A stretch of DNA of 27,379 nt from a virus. Lineage: Duplodnaviria; Caudoviricetes. The notes beneath the pieces were generated by a model. The model worked only from the letters and a program-made list of their open reading frames with translations. It did not search any database and was not told where the DNA came from. Shown in pieces: positions 8,776-18,869 of the stretch (positions are counted from its first letter, which is position 1; each line of letters opens with the position of its first letter). Made by a program: the position numbers and the translations under genes. The stretch covers positions 1-27,379 of the IMG/VR virus record IMGVR_UViG_3300017774_005853. The stretch is one strand, 5' to 3'.

Positions 8776-9366
8776 ATGCAAACCGTCTACTCAATAACTG
8801 CCGCAAGTTTTGAACCCGTTACCCTCAAAGAGGCGTGTGACTGGCTCAAACTCAATATGGGCGACGATGATGATGTTGTCCGGGCATTGATAAGCGCAGC
8901 GCGTGAATACGCTGAAAGCGCTACTTCGCGGCAGTTATTGAGCAAAACGGTTACTGAATATTGGGACTTTTTCCCGATTTTATACGCAAACAGAAACGAC
9001 TTTCGGGTAATAACCTTGGGAGCCATGCCACTAAACAGCACAACCGTGACCCTGTCATATTTGGCAACCACGGGCGGCGCTTACACGGTTTTTGCATCCT
9101 CAAACTACGATGTGGACATTGTGAGCACGCCAGCGCGGATTGTGCTGCATAGTAATGCTACTTGGCCCAATGCAGTGCTTGAGGCAAATGCGGTAAAAGC
9201 GGTTTACACCGTTGGCAGCGCAACGCCTACGGACGTAGCGGCAAGCATAAAAGTAGCGATGCGGTTATTGATTGCCTTTTGGTATGAAAACCGGGAAGAT
9301 ATGGCGATAAAATCGGGCGTAAGAAGTGCCGACGCATTGCTTTCGAAATGTAGAATTTCTTTTTAG
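8776..9366 (+). CDS. Head-tail connector (gp6-like)
   Basis: EPVTLKEA..WL..DDD..LISAAREYAE and LLIAFWYENRE. Confidence 0.9.
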   Translation: MQTVYSITAASFEPVTLKEACDWLKLNMGDDDDVVRALISAAREYAESATSRQLLSKTVTEYWDFFPILYANRNDFRVITLGAMPLNSTTVTLSYLATTGGAYTVFASSNYDVDIVSTPARIVLHSNATWPNAVLEANAVKAVYTVGSATPTDVAASIKVAMRLLIAFWYENREDMAIKSGVRSADALLSKCRISF

Positions 9367-9378
9367 CACTTTCGAGCC

Positions 9379-9729
9379 ATGCCAACAAAGAACTTGCAAC
9401 AAGGGCCGTATATCGGCCAAATGGATACGAGGATTGTATTTGAACGTGTGACAGAAACGCTCAGCAGCACAGGAACGCCCGTGGAAACGTGGGCAACGCT
9501 GCGCGAATGCTTTGCTTATCGTGAAATGCAAAAAGCGGGCAGCGATGAAGCCTTCCAGGCAGACCAAATGACCTCAATTACTGCGCAGGTTTTTATTGTG
9601 CGCTATTTTGAGGGACTGACCGAAAAAGACCGCATAAGCATAAGCGGGGTAGTTTACTACATTTTGAACATTGACGACACGCTTGGGAGGAAACGCTTTT
9701 TGAAAATATACGCTGAAAAACGAGCATAA
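9379..9729 (+). CDS. Head closure protein (SPP1 gp16-like)
   Basis: IGQMDTRIVF, ETW, FIVRY and DRI..YYILNI pattern; synteny. Confidence 0.88.
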   Translation: MPTKNLQQGPYIGQMDTRIVFERVTETLSSTGTPVETWATLRECFAYREMQKAGSDEAFQADQMTSITAQVFIVRYFEGLTEKDRISISGVVYYILNIDDTLGRKRFLKIYAEKRA

Positions 9730-10133
9730 TGGTAGGCATTGGTACATGGATGCGGGCAAAAATTGCAGCAAACGCAACACTTGCGGGATTAATCGGAACG
9801 CGGTTTTACCCAACATGGATACCGCAGTTGGTTGATACTTACCCATCTGTTACCTACAAAGCAACCTACACGGATGCAGACCCCAATAAAACGCAGCGCA
9901 TAACGGCGTACAACGTGACGGTAGAAATTACGATCTGGGGCAAGCATGAGCAGTATGACACAATTGAAACGGTTGACTTTGCAATGCAGAACGTATTTGA
10001 CTTCGGAGAAAGCACAACGGCGGGCCTTGAGGTTGTGACTGCATACCATCAAAGCAGCGCAGATAGCGAGGATGAAAGAATGGAGTATTTGGCGCGGGTG
10101 TGTACCTATCAATTTAGGATCAAACGCACATAG
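9729..10133 (+). CDS. Tail terminator/completion protein (DUF3168-like)
   Basis: LAGLIGTRFYP..PQ...YPSVTY pattern; size and position. Confidence 0.75.
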   Translation: MVGIGTWMRAKIAANATLAGLIGTRFYPTWIPQLVDTYPSVTYKATYTDADPNKTQRITAYNVTVEITIWGKHEQYDTIETVDFAMQNVFDFGESTTAGLEVVTAYHQSSADSEDERMEYLARVCTYQFRIKRT

Positions 10134-10135
10134 AC

Positions 10136-10636
10136 ATGACGCTGGAAGAAGAAGTGCAAGAAGTGATAAAGCGGCTGCGTAAAATGCCCGCAGTGCTCGC
10201 AAAAGAGCGGCCACGTATAAACGCCCTGGCGGGTGCTTATATGGCTTCCACGCTGGAAGCAGCGGCGCCACGCGGCAAGCGCATACACAAGCGGTACAGC
10301 ACCGCAAAAGTAAATAAGCGCATGAGAGCGCCTAAAGGCATGGGAACGGTAGTGGCTACTTATTACCCTGGGAACCTGGCTATGTCCGAGCAGGTGCTCA
10401 AACTAAACCGCGCTAAAGCATTTGTCTACGTGGGCGCAAAACTGGCAAAGGGAAGCGGAAGCAAAGGCACATTTGGCATCGGCAAACGCGCGGACGGTTA
10501 TTATCTGGCGATGGTGCATAAAAGAACGCCGTTTGTACCCCAAGCGGTTGAAAGATCGAAAAACCGCATTTACAAACTGATGATTGGGGAGTATTTGCGC
10601 GTGATCGAAAAGTATAAAATTGAAAACGGCTTTTAA
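10136..10636 (+). CDS. HK97 gp10-like neck/tail-completion protein
   Basis: Basic; AAAPRG..GNLAMS..GYYLAMVH..PFV resembles the gp10 pattern AP..TG.L..S..Y...V...PF. Confidence 0.7.
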   Translation: MTLEEEVQEVIKRLRKMPAVLAKERPRINALAGAYMASTLEAAAPRGKRIHKRYSTAKVNKRMRAPKGMGTVVATYYPGNLAMSEQVLKLNRAKAFVYVGAKLAKGSGSKGTFGIGKRADGYYLAMVHKRTPFVPQAVERSKNRIYKLMIGEYLRVIEKYKIENGF

Positions 10637-10656
10637 CCAACCCTTAATCTGCGCCC

Positions 10657-10908
10657 ATGAAAGTAAAACTAACAAAACGCTGGTATAGCGGATCGGATTG
10701 GAAGGAGGCAGGCTGGACGGTCGAAGTATCGGACGCAGACGGCGCGGCAATGGTTGCCGATGGACATTTGCAAGTTCCAGACGGTACGCCAGCACGGAAA
10801 AACCCGGAGATGTATGCATTTAGTTGCAATCCGGTTATACCCGAAAATCAAATTGAAAATAAGGCGCTTGCGCCCGAAAATAACATTGTCAAACCTAAAA
10901 AAAGATAG
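10657..10908 (+). CDS. Small hypothetical virion-module protein
   Basis: 83 aa, fills the gap between gp10 and the tail tube; MKVKL..AG.TVEV.D..G pattern and lysine-rich end. Confidence 0.7.
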   Translation: MKVKLTKRWYSGSDWKEAGWTVEVSDADGAAMVADGHLQVPDGTPARKNPEMYAFSCNPVIPENQIENKALAPENNIVKPKKR

Positions 10909-10910
10909 AT

Positions 10911-11315
10911 ATGCCCACAGTTGGTATAGTAAATTCAAAATTGCTTAAGGTTTATGTCGGAGCAACGGCAATTACTTGCCAGACCGATGCAACCCTTTCT
11001 TTTAACAACGACACCCGGACAACCACTTGCAAAGATAGCGGCCAATATTCCGAGGCGCTTTATGCAATGTCGAACTGGGAAATTTCCGGCACCGCCTTGG
11101 TTGCCTACGATTCATCCCAAGGGTTCAAAGAACTCATGGTGCTTGCGCAGGCGCAGACCGTGTCTACCGTGTCTTTCAAAACTGCCGTGTCAGGCGACCC
11201 GATTTATACGGGCGATGTTCTCTGGCAAAAGGTGGAGTGCTCAAGCCCAAACACGAATGAGAACGTTACGTTTTCCTTCACCGCATTAGGCACCGGCCCT
11301 TTGACGGTTTCTTAA
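10911..11315 (+). CDS. Tail tube (major tail) protein, TP901-1-like family
   Basis: TTCKDSG, NWEISG, YTGD and VTFSFTALGTGPLT. Confidence 0.9.
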   Translation: MPTVGIVNSKLLKVYVGATAITCQTDATLSFNNDTRTTTCKDSGQYSEALYAMSNWEISGTALVAYDSSQGFKELMVLAQAQTVSTVSFKTAVSGDPIYTGDVLWQKVECSSPNTNENVTFSFTALGTGPLTVS

Positions 11316-11353
11316 TCGACCTTACCATTTTTCGTTGCATATAAATGCGCATA

Positions 11354-11386
11354 GGCGGGTTTGCTGTAAAGCGCCCGCCAATTTTT
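11354..11386 (+). terminator. Possible intrinsic terminator or attenuator after the tail tube gene
   Basis: GGCGGG (11354-59) pairs with CCCGCC (11374-79), followed by AATTTTT. Confidence 0.45.
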
Positions 11387-11417
11387 AACATTATACCACC
11401 TTTAATACCACACTATC

Positions 11418-11783
11418 ATGGTCAATCAAATTGAACTTGGCGGGAAAGTCCGGCCAATACTTTTCGGAAATTATGTTTTCCGGAAAATGAAAACGGAACA
11501 AGGGATTGGGCTTGCTGAAATCCTAAAAGGTTTAGACACCTTTGAAGTAATGGATTTTAACATCCTTTCAAACATGGTTTATTATGCGCTTCGCGCAGGC
11601 GAAATGGCAAACAGTCTAAGCCCTGACACATTTACAGCCGACAACGTTTCAATCTGGATGGATTTAGAACAAGGGGTTTTATTGAAGATCCTGCCTTGGG
11701 TTAATGAATCCATCACTTCAATGGTAACGGACAAAGACGCACCCGTGCCAAGCGAAGCGGAGGACGCAAAAAAAAAGAATTAA
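11418..11783 (+). CDS. Tail assembly chaperone (lambda gpG analogue)
   Basis: Lies between tail tube and tape measure; IELGGKVRPILFG start; ends at a slippery A-run (AKKKN). Confidence 0.88.
   Translation: MVNQIELGGKVRPILFGNYVFRKMKTEQGIGLAEILKGLDTFEVMDFNILSNMVYYALRAGEMANSLSPDTFTADNVSIWMDLEQGVLLKILPWVNESITSMVTDKDAPVPSEAEDAKKKN
11771..11777 (+). other. Programmed -1 ribosomal frameshift site A AAA AAG
   Basis: In-frame A_AAA_AAG heptamer two codons before the stop; the -1 frame is open into ORF 11819..12136. Confidence 0.88.
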
Positions 11784-12136
11784 ACCCTGACGCAAACTCT
11801 GATTTTGATTGGTCTGAAATGATCCAGGCGGCGGGCAAGATGGAGTGGAACGAAATGCAGTTTTATCTAACTACGCCCGCTTTTTTCATGGCCGCTTATC
11901 AAGGGCATTTAGCGCAGGAACATGACCGGCAAATTGAAGCGCTCAGGGCCGCAAGAATGGTTGCTTACTACGCAGTTGCGCCGCACTTAGATGCAAAAAG
12001 CAAGTTTAGCATGACAGACATCATCGAACTGCCTGGCGATCAAAAAGAAATAAAGTTTGCCCCTATTTCGATGGAAGAAATAGAGGCGTTTAGTAAACGC
12101 TCTGATGAAATAATAGGATGGCAGCAGCCCAGTTAA
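11774..12136 (+). CDS. Tail assembly chaperone frameshift extension (gpT part of gpGT)
   Basis: The -1 frame reads KELNPDANSDFDWSEMIQAAG without a stop; the FYLTTP..F motif is typical of gpT-like regions. Confidence 0.82.
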   Translation, partial: KELNPDANSDFDWSEMIQAAGKMEWNEMQFYLTTPAFFMAAYQGHLAQEHDRQIEALRAARMVAYYAVAPHLDAKSKFSMTDIIELPGDQKEIKFAPISMEEIEAFSKRSDEIIGWQQPS

Positions 12137-14754
12137 ATGTACAGATTGGCGCTCAGATTAAAGAGCTGCAAAAAGGAATCCGGGAAGCGGAGAAAGAACT
12201 GCGCCGGGCTTCTTCATCGCTTGGCGGTGCGGCCAAAGACCTATCTACCTATATCACACTACCGCTCTTAGGTGTTGGCGTCGCAGCGATCAAATCAGCG
12301 GGCGAAATGGAAGCGCTCAGTAAAGCAATGTCTGCAACCTTCCAGGGCGCAGGGCGCAGCGTAGGCGAAGCAAACGCCGAACTCCAGGCGCTTAAAAAAG
12401 CAGCCGAAGCGCCGGGCCTTGATTTTCCGCAGGCCGTCCAGGCATCGCTTCGCCTCCAGGGCGTAGGATACAGCGCAGAAAAATCGCGCGGCATAATTGT
12501 GCAACTGGCAAACGCCATCGCCACCACGGGCGGCACCGCCGAAAACCTTTCGGGCGTAACACGCCAATTTGCGCAGATCATATCCAAAGGCAAGGTTCTT
12601 ACCGAGGACTTAAACATCATCAAGGAAAACATGCCGGGCCTTGCTAAAGTCATGCAGGACACCTTTGGCACCACCACGGCAGAAGGTATCCGCGCCCTTG
12701 GCGTTGATGGTAAAGAGTTTGTGGATAAAATCACGGTTGCACTTGAAAAGTTGCCACGTGTATCGGGGGGTATTTCAAACAGCATTGTAAACGCGGGAAC
12801 TGCCGTAAAAACTTTTCTTGCAAGCGTTGGTGATTCGCTCAATAAAACCTTTGATGTTTCCGGGAAACTGGACGCATTTAGCACGTATTTGACCGGCCTT
12901 GGTGATAAGTTTTCGGGCTTGAGTGATTCAACCAAAAATACCGTTTTCAGTGTAGGCGTGTTTGCCCTGGCGCTTGGCCCTGCCTTGAAAGCCGCACAAT
13001 TACTTGTTACGGGTATTGTATCGGCACGTAGTGCGCTGCTTGCCTTTAAGGCGCAGTCCCTTGCCATCCAGGCCACGGGCCTTGTGGAATGGTTTAAAAG
13101 CCTAAGCCTTGCCACAAAATTGACCGGCATAGGCGCTGCCGTTGCGGTTGCCGGGGCGCTTTACTTGGCCTATAACAGCGTTGGAGATTCTATTCAGTCG
13201 GTCACGGATGCCTATTCAAGTGCTAATACCAAGGTCGCGGAATCCAAGGTAAAGACAGATGCTTTAATTGCGACCATTAAGAATGAGAATCTTAGTTACG
13301 CAGAGCGCAAAAAGGCGCTGGATACTTTACAGGAAATTGCGCCAACTTATTTTAAAAACCTTTCCCTTGAAAAGGGCGGGCTTGAGGCTATCGGCACAGC
13401 GCAGGCTGCATATCTGGAGAACCTAAAAAGAATGGCACTTGCGCAGGCAGCGCAGGAAAAACTTGTCGATGTAAACAAGCGGCTGCTTGATGCACAGGCG
13501 GGTCTTGGCGGTAGTGCAAATCTGATTGAAAAAGCCTATGCAGGCGTAGCCGTTGGCGTTTCCTACCTAACCGGACAGCAATTGGCCTATACCGATGCGG
13601 TTGCGGCTTATTCGGAAGAAAACGCCAAAGGTAAAATACCATCGCTGGAGGCTGAAAAAAAGAAGATTGAGGAGTTAATATCGGCTAACGCTGGCGCGGT
13701 CACATCTGCCACCGAAATTGTAAAAGCCACAAACGGCGCAAGCGAGAGTAGCAAGGAAAGAACAAAACGTTTAAAAGAGGAGGCCAAAACACTAAAGGAA
13801 GTCCAGGCGGAAAACGCGGAGATTATCGAGCAATTGCTGCTTGAAAATCAAATGGACGAAGATTCTAAAAAGCGCCAGGCGCTTCCGAAAATCCCAACAG
13901 GCGCACAGCGGGCGAGTAAATCCAATATTGATATTGGCATAAATTACGCCTTACCAGATGTGCAAATGACTGCGCAAACGATGGCGCAGTACGAAAGCAT
14001 TATAAAAGGGAAACTTGCGTCTGTAAGCATTGCAGCGCAGAGCGCATCGGCTGCGCTTATGTCGCCAGCCGAAAAGATTGGCGCGTTTTGGGAAAAGTCC
14101 GGCGCAGCCATCGAGCAATACGTAAGCCTTGCAAAATCGGCGCTCTCCTCCATTGACGGGATTGTGCAAGGTAATTTGCAACGCAAGATTACTGCGTTGG
14201 ACGCTGAAACACAGGCCCAACAAGACGCGCTGCAAAAGCAGCAAGATTTTGAACTGCTCCAGGCAGGCAATAGCCGGACAGCAAAAGACCAGATCAATGC
14301 GGCGTATGAAGCACGGCGGGCAAGCCTGACACGGCAAGCCGAAGAAAAAAAGACTGAATACGAACGTAAAGCCGCGATTGCACGTAAAGGCATCGCCATT
14401 GCGGAGGCAACGGTGAATACTGCCGTTGCTGTCACAAAGGTAATTGCAAACCCGATTCTTGCGGGCATTGTGGCTGCGCTTGGCGCTGTCCAAATCGCTG
14501 CCATTGCAGCAACCAAATACGCCACGGGTACAAACAGTGCCAAAGGCGGCATGGCGCTTGTGGGCGAATACGGGCCGGAAATGGTCAATCTGCCACGCGG
14601 TAGCCAGGTGGTCGCGGCAAACAAAACACAGGCAATGCTACGCGGAAGTATGGCGCAAAACACGGTAGTTGTTACGGGCGAGTTCCGCATCAAAGGCACC
14701 GATCTGGTTTTAACACTTGAGCAAGCGCAGGCTCGTAATAACCGGATACGATAA
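12118..14754 (+). CDS. Tail tape measure protein
   Basis: 878 aa, Ala-rich and helical; QIISKGKVLTEDLN tape-measure motif; C-terminal YATG..ALVGEYGPE. Confidence 0.95.
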   Translation: MAAAQLNVQIGAQIKELQKGIREAEKELRRASSSLGGAAKDLSTYITLPLLGVGVAAIKSAGEMEALSKAMSATFQGAGRSVGEANAELQALKKAAEAPGLDFPQAVQASLRLQGVGYSAEKSRGIIVQLANAIATTGGTAENLSGVTRQFAQIISKGKVLTEDLNIIKENMPGLAKVMQDTFGTTTAEGIRALGVDGKEFVDKITVALEKLPRVSGGISNSIVNAGTAVKTFLASVGDSLNKTFDVSGKLDAFSTYLTGLGDKFSGLSDSTKNTVFSVGVFALALGPALKAAQLLVTGIVSARSALLAFKAQSLAIQATGLVEWFKSLSLATKLTGIGAAVAVAGALYLAYNSVGDSIQSVTDAYSSANTKVAESKVKTDALIATIKNENLSYAERKKALDTLQEIAPTYFKNLSLEKGGLEAIGTAQAAYLENLKRMALAQAAQEKLVDVNKRLLDAQAGLGGSANLIEKAYAGVAVGVSYLTGQQLAYTDAVAAYSEENAKGKIPSLEAEKKKIEELISANAGAVTSATEIVKATNGASESSKERTKRLKEEAKTLKEVQAENAEIIEQLLLENQMDEDSKKRQALPKIPTGAQRASKSNIDIGINYALPDVQMTAQTMAQYESIIKGKLASVSIAAQSASAALMSPAEKIGAFWEKSGAAIEQYVSLAKSALSSIDGIVQGNLQRKITALDAETQAQQDALQKQQDFELLQAGNSRTAKDQINAAYEARRASLTRQAEEKKTEYERKAAIARKGIAIAEATVNTAVAVTKVIANPILAGIVAALGAVQIAAIAATKYATGTNSAKGGMALVGEYGPEMVNLPRGSQVVAANKTQAMLRGSMAQNTVVVTGEFRIKGTDLVLTLEQAQARNNRIR

Positions 14755-17700
14755 TGGGAAAAAGATACACATGCACCGCACCGTCCTATAAAGGAATATC
14801 TTACACCATTGAGATATATGACAGCGTTTATGCGGGCGGGGTAACGACATTTAAGGCCGGGCCTGACCTGTTTACGCTCAATTACGCCAACGAAAACGGC
14901 AAGCGCTGGACGCCGATTGTCGGATCTGAATTGTCCTTTACCTTTTACGTCGAAGATTCGGGCGGGGAACAATTTATGGCCGACATTGCAAGCGGCACCA
15001 TAAACCGATTTACGGTTAAAGTACTGTCTGGCTCCTCCATTTTTTGGACGGGCATTATTACGCCCAATAGCACAGAGCGGGATGATTACGACTACCCGAT
15101 TAGTTTTGATATTCGCGCTACGTGCGGAATATCCATCCTAAAAAATATACCCTATCTTAATTCGGGAGCGCTCTATACAGGCGTTGCATCCTTCAAATCG
15201 CACTTAGTTAATGCGCTTTCTAAGTTGGGAACCGCAGCGCTTTACGGCGTCTCAGATGTATTTTTACGTACTTCGGTTGATTGGTGGGATACGAATGTGA
15301 CTGTTTTTAATGGCACCGATCCGCTCGACAAATACGGTGTCGACCACTGGACATTTTACCAGTTTAACACCACCGGCGGCGTCGAAGAAGATGTAATGTC
15401 CTGCTATGAAGTAATAAGCGAGGTATGTAAGGCAATGGGGTCCCGCATCTATATGATGAATGGCTCTTTTTGGGTAGAGCAAATTTCATATAAAACTGGA
15501 AACTTTGTAAGCCGCAACTACACCAAAACAGGTACATACTTAACCTTTGATTCTTTCTCAGGGGCTAACGTACTAAACCGGACAACCACGGGCGCTCGGA
15601 ACATTGGCGGCGGCGGGTACTTTTCTTATTACCCCGCACTGCGCAGGGTCGATGTGAATTACCACAGTTTTGCGCGGTACAACTTATTTGTAGGATCGCA
15701 GTTTGTTTCTAATCTTACGGTGCAGGACGTAAGCCGAAATATCACGTATGACATAACGGACAACAGCGGCACTACAACCCTAAAGATCACGGGCAACATG
15801 CCTGTGCAGATCACAAACAATTCCTTTGTAGTTTCTGCGCAAAACCCGGTAAATGTTGTCTTTAAAGCGCGGATTGAGTTTGGGGGCTATCGCTGGACAA
15901 ACACGTTTACGCGGGTAAACAACGGCGTTTATTTTTCAAGCGGTGCCTGGACGGCGGCGGGCCTTGGTGGGTATTTTTATTACCAATGTGCGTTTAATTC
16001 GCTTCCAGCAATTGGCGCAAAGACTTCCAATTTTACGCCCGTTTCCATTATCACAGGCCCAATGATTGCAACGGGCGGAAGCCAGGTGTTTTCCATTGAA
16101 CTGGACAGCGTTCAAAAGGCTTACCAAATCTTTCCGCCGGAAGCGGCAACCATCACGGCATCGAGCGGCCCAACCGGCTCACCGCTTGATCTGGATATTG
16201 CCTACACGGTTGAAAACATATGGATTGAGGTTTTTGATGATGGCACCGCAGATTTGCGCGAGGACATTATCACATACCCAATTTTGGGCGATGTGGACAA
16301 TTACGAAAAGGAAACCGTAGATGTAAGGATTGGCGGTAGCGTACACCCTAATTTAGTGGGCCGTGTGCGGCGCTACACTGGATCTGCGTGGGTAGATGCC
16401 ACAACGTGGGGAACGGGCGGCGGGACTAAACTAAAGACGATTTCTGCGCTGCTTGGCCAAATAATCATCCAAGGCCAAAACATCAACATCCGCAAGATGC
16501 GCACAACCGCCTTTGGCAGTTTGACGCTTTACAAGCGCTACACTACTGACGGTGTAAACTGGCTTATGATGGGCGGCAGGTGGAATGCGCAGCGCGATGA
16601 ATTTACAGGCGAATTTTTTGAGTTGAATTACGGGCCGGAGGGCATTGCGTCTACGCCGGTCAAAGTTATTAGCACGGGAGGCATTAAACATCCAACTACC
16701 GCAGGCGGCGGCAATGGCACCGTGACAGTAGGAACGCCCACAACGTCTGGAAATCCAGGCTTTAATGTGTCATTCCCCCCTTCGGTACTTGATCCGCTTA
16801 AAAACAACACCACAGCCGCAGCAATAAGCAGCGGCGCAAGTATCACGAGCCTTTCTGTATCCGTTGCGCTTTCCGGCAATGATTACGCCGTGGGCGATAC
16901 TATTACCATTGTAAATCCGGTAACAGGACAGAAGGATGATCTGACGGTGACGGCAGCGCCAACAGCCGGGGCGTTTTCAATGTCTGTTTCTGGCACCGCA
17001 ACGGCGGCGTATCCGCAGGGCGCTTTTCTGATTAAAAAACCAATTGCTTACGCATTCAGTCTGCCAGCCACTACGGTTGGTAGTGTGCTGCGTTACAACG
17101 CCAGTACAAGTGCCTGGGAGGCTTACAATGGCGCTACGAACGGCCATGTGCTTACCTGGAACAACAGCACAAGCAAATGGGAAGCGGCTGCACCAGCAAC
17201 CGTTACGCCGGCCAATGTTACAGCCGCATCTACAAAAATCACGCTTGGCGGTACGCCCACGGGCGCTGCCTTGCAAGCATTCAGCATAGATGTAAATGAG
17301 GGCAATTTAACGCATAACAATATTGGCGGCACGCTTGGCATTGCCAAGGGCGGCACTAATTTGACCGCGCTTGGAAGTGCATCGCAATTGCTACGTGTAA
17401 ACGCGGGCGGTACTGCGCTGGAATACTTCACGTTTGCGGGTCTTACCGGATCGCTGACCGCTACGCGCATCCCTTTTGCTTCGGGCGCATCGGCATTAAC
17501 GGACGATTCGCAGTTGACATGGGACAATACCAACAAGCGCCTGGTGATTGGCGCGGGAACTTCGGCGGCGTTTTTAAATGTGTTCGCCGGGGCTATATCG
17601 GGCACAACCGAGTTTATAAGGTGCAGTGCCAATATAAACGGCAATATGGTAAACTCGCTGCTCAATAGCAATAATGGCTCAAGTGCCAATACCCTTCAGA

Positions 17701-18308
17701 CCATATCCGTAGGCGGATCGGGCGGCGCTTCGGCAGCGGGCGATCCAACTATCCAGTTTACAGTAAGCACGGTGCTTACAACCGCTATTGGCCTTGATAA
17801 TTCGGACGGTGATAAATTTAAGATTACGCCGGGCGCATCACTGCCGGGCGGCTCGGTAGATCGGGGCGTTTCTGTTACCAACGACGCTTCTTCGCGCGTT
17901 GGCATTAATAGAGACACACCACAAGACACGCTGCATGTGAATGGGCGGGTGCGGGCGCTGAATATTTACAACACGCAAGGCACGCCCACGATTGTGCTTG
18001 GGGCGGGCGCTGGCACAGGCGCAAGCGCTACGGTGGTAGGCGGCCCAAACTTCATGCAGGTAAATTTGACCACAGGCACTACACCAACGGTAAATCAGGC
18101 AATTTTTACTGTGACCTTTTCCAATGCGTTTGCCACCTCCAACAGCATATTGATTATGGATGGAGACGGTAATTATCGGGACAATATTGCCCGCTTTTAT
18201 CGCCAAACAATTAGCGCAAGCAATGTGGTTGTGACCAACAGGGCAACGGCGCTGCCCGCAAGCACGCTTTTCATTATATACTTATTTGTCGGCAACTGGT
18301 CGGCATAA
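14754..18308 (+). CDS. Large tail-tip protein: baseplate/hub-like N-terminus with fibre-like C-terminus
   Basis: Directly follows tape measure (TAATG overlap). The G/T/S/A-rich C-terminal half has fibre motifs GTLGIAKGGT, QLTWDNTNKRLVIG and VGIN..TP..TLHVNG. Confidence 0.8.
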   Translation: MGKRYTCTAPSYKGISYTIEIYDSVYAGGVTTFKAGPDLFTLNYANENGKRWTPIVGSELSFTFYVEDSGGEQFMADIASGTINRFTVKVLSGSSIFWTGIITPNSTERDDYDYPISFDIRATCGISILKNIPYLNSGALYTGVASFKSHLVNALSKLGTAALYGVSDVFLRTSVDWWDTNVTVFNGTDPLDKYGVDHWTFYQFNTTGGVEEDVMSCYEVISEVCKAMGSRIYMMNGSFWVEQISYKTGNFVSRNYTKTGTYLTFDSFSGANVLNRTTTGARNIGGGGYFSYYPALRRVDVNYHSFARYNLFVGSQFVSNLTVQDVSRNITYDITDNSGTTTLKITGNMPVQITNNSFVVSAQNPVNVVFKARIEFGGYRWTNTFTRVNNGVYFSSGAWTAAGLGGYFYYQCAFNSLPAIGAKTSNFTPVSIITGPMIATGGSQVFSIELDSVQKAYQIFPPEAATITASSGPTGSPLDLDIAYTVENIWIEVFDDGTADLREDIITYPILGDVDNYEKETVDVRIGGSVHPNLVGRVRRYTGSAWVDATTWGTGGGTKLKTISALLGQIIIQGQNINIRKMRTTAFGSLTLYKRYTTDGVNWLMMGGRWNAQRDEFTGEFFELNYGPEGIASTPVKVISTGGIKHPTTAGGGNGTVTVGTPTTSGNPGFNVSFPPSVLDPLKNNTTAAAISSGASITSLSVSVALSGNDYAVGDTITIVNPVTGQKDDLTVTAAPTAGAFSMSVSGTATAAYPQGAFLIKKPIAYAFSLPATTVGSVLRYNASTSAWEAYNGATNGHVLTWNNSTSKWEAAAPATVTPANVTAASTKITLGGTPTGAALQAFSIDVNEGNLTHNNIGGTLGIAKGGTNLTALGSASQLLRVNAGGTALEYFTFAGLTGSLTATRIPFASGASALTDDSQLTWDNTNKRLVIGAGTSAAFLNVFAGAISGTTEFIRCSANINGNMVNSLLNSNNGSSANTLQTISVGGSGGASAAGDPTIQFTVSTVLTTAIGLDNSDGDKFKITPGASLPGGSVDRGVSVTNDASSRVGINRDTPQDTLHVNGRVRALNIYNTQGTPTIVLGAGAGTGASATVVGGPNFMQVNLTTGTTPTVNQAIFTVTFSNAFATSNSILIMDGDGNYRDNIARFYRQTISASNVVVTNRATALPASTLFIIYLFVGNWSA

Positions 18309-18319
18309 ATGCAGAAAAT

Positions 18320-18628
18320 ATGATAACAACGAACGGAAATACAATTTTTGAGGCGGGGTCGATTGTGGAATACGACACGCCCAACATTATCACAATACCA
18401 ACGTACTACCCGCGCACGGGTGATGTGCTTTTGACGCTGCGTATAACACCAGGCGCAAGCCCTGACATCACAAGCGCTGAAGCAACGCTCCGCACAACCA
18501 AAACCGACATAGATGCCAAAACAGGCGCGGGAACGGGCGACACGGCAAAGTTTATGAATGCCGTGGAGCAAGTTGTAAAGGACTTGCTTTTGGTGCTTAA
18601 TCCATCCATCACGTTTACAATCGTATAA
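18320..18628 (+). CDS. Hypothetical tail-associated protein
   Basis: 102 aa, tightly packed in the operon, A-rich start context. Confidence 0.65.
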   Translation: MITTNGNTIFEAGSIVEYDTPNIITIPTYYPRTGDVLLTLRITPGASPDITSAEATLRTTKTDIDAKTGAGTGDTAKFMNAVEQVVKDLLLVLNPSITFTIV

Positions 18629-18641
18629 AGCATAATAAAGC

Positions 18642-18869
18642 ATGATACCAATACCACTCGAAATCAGACAGGCGCTTTTGGAAGCAGATGTGCAGCAAAA
18701 GCAGGCTTATGCAATGCTTCGCGGCTTCATGCTCGGCAGCGCGGAAGTTGACAAAGCAAAAGAGTATTCAATAACCAAGGATTTTTCAGCACTGACGCCG
18801 CAAGCGCCAGAAATTCCAAATAATACCCCAAGCGAAAGCAATGACAGCACCGATCTTAATACAAAATAG
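18642..18869 (+). CDS. Hypothetical protein, possibly a fibre chaperone
   Basis: 75 aa, short helical segment, operon packing; function inferred from position only. Confidence 0.55.
   Translation: MIPIPLEIRQALLEADVQQKQAYAMLRGFMLGSAEVDKAKEYSITKDFSALTPQAPEIPNNTPSESNDSTDLNTK

Noticed and set aside
11391-11412. Short direct repeat ATACCAC x2 before the chaperone gene
   Set aside because: Too short to distinguish from chance, and not noticed at other gene starts.
12249-14972. Long antisense ORFs (12249..13130, 13944..14972, 13951..14493) opposite the tape measure gene
   Set aside because: Shadow frames of an Ala-rich gene with biased codons; no recognisable motifs.
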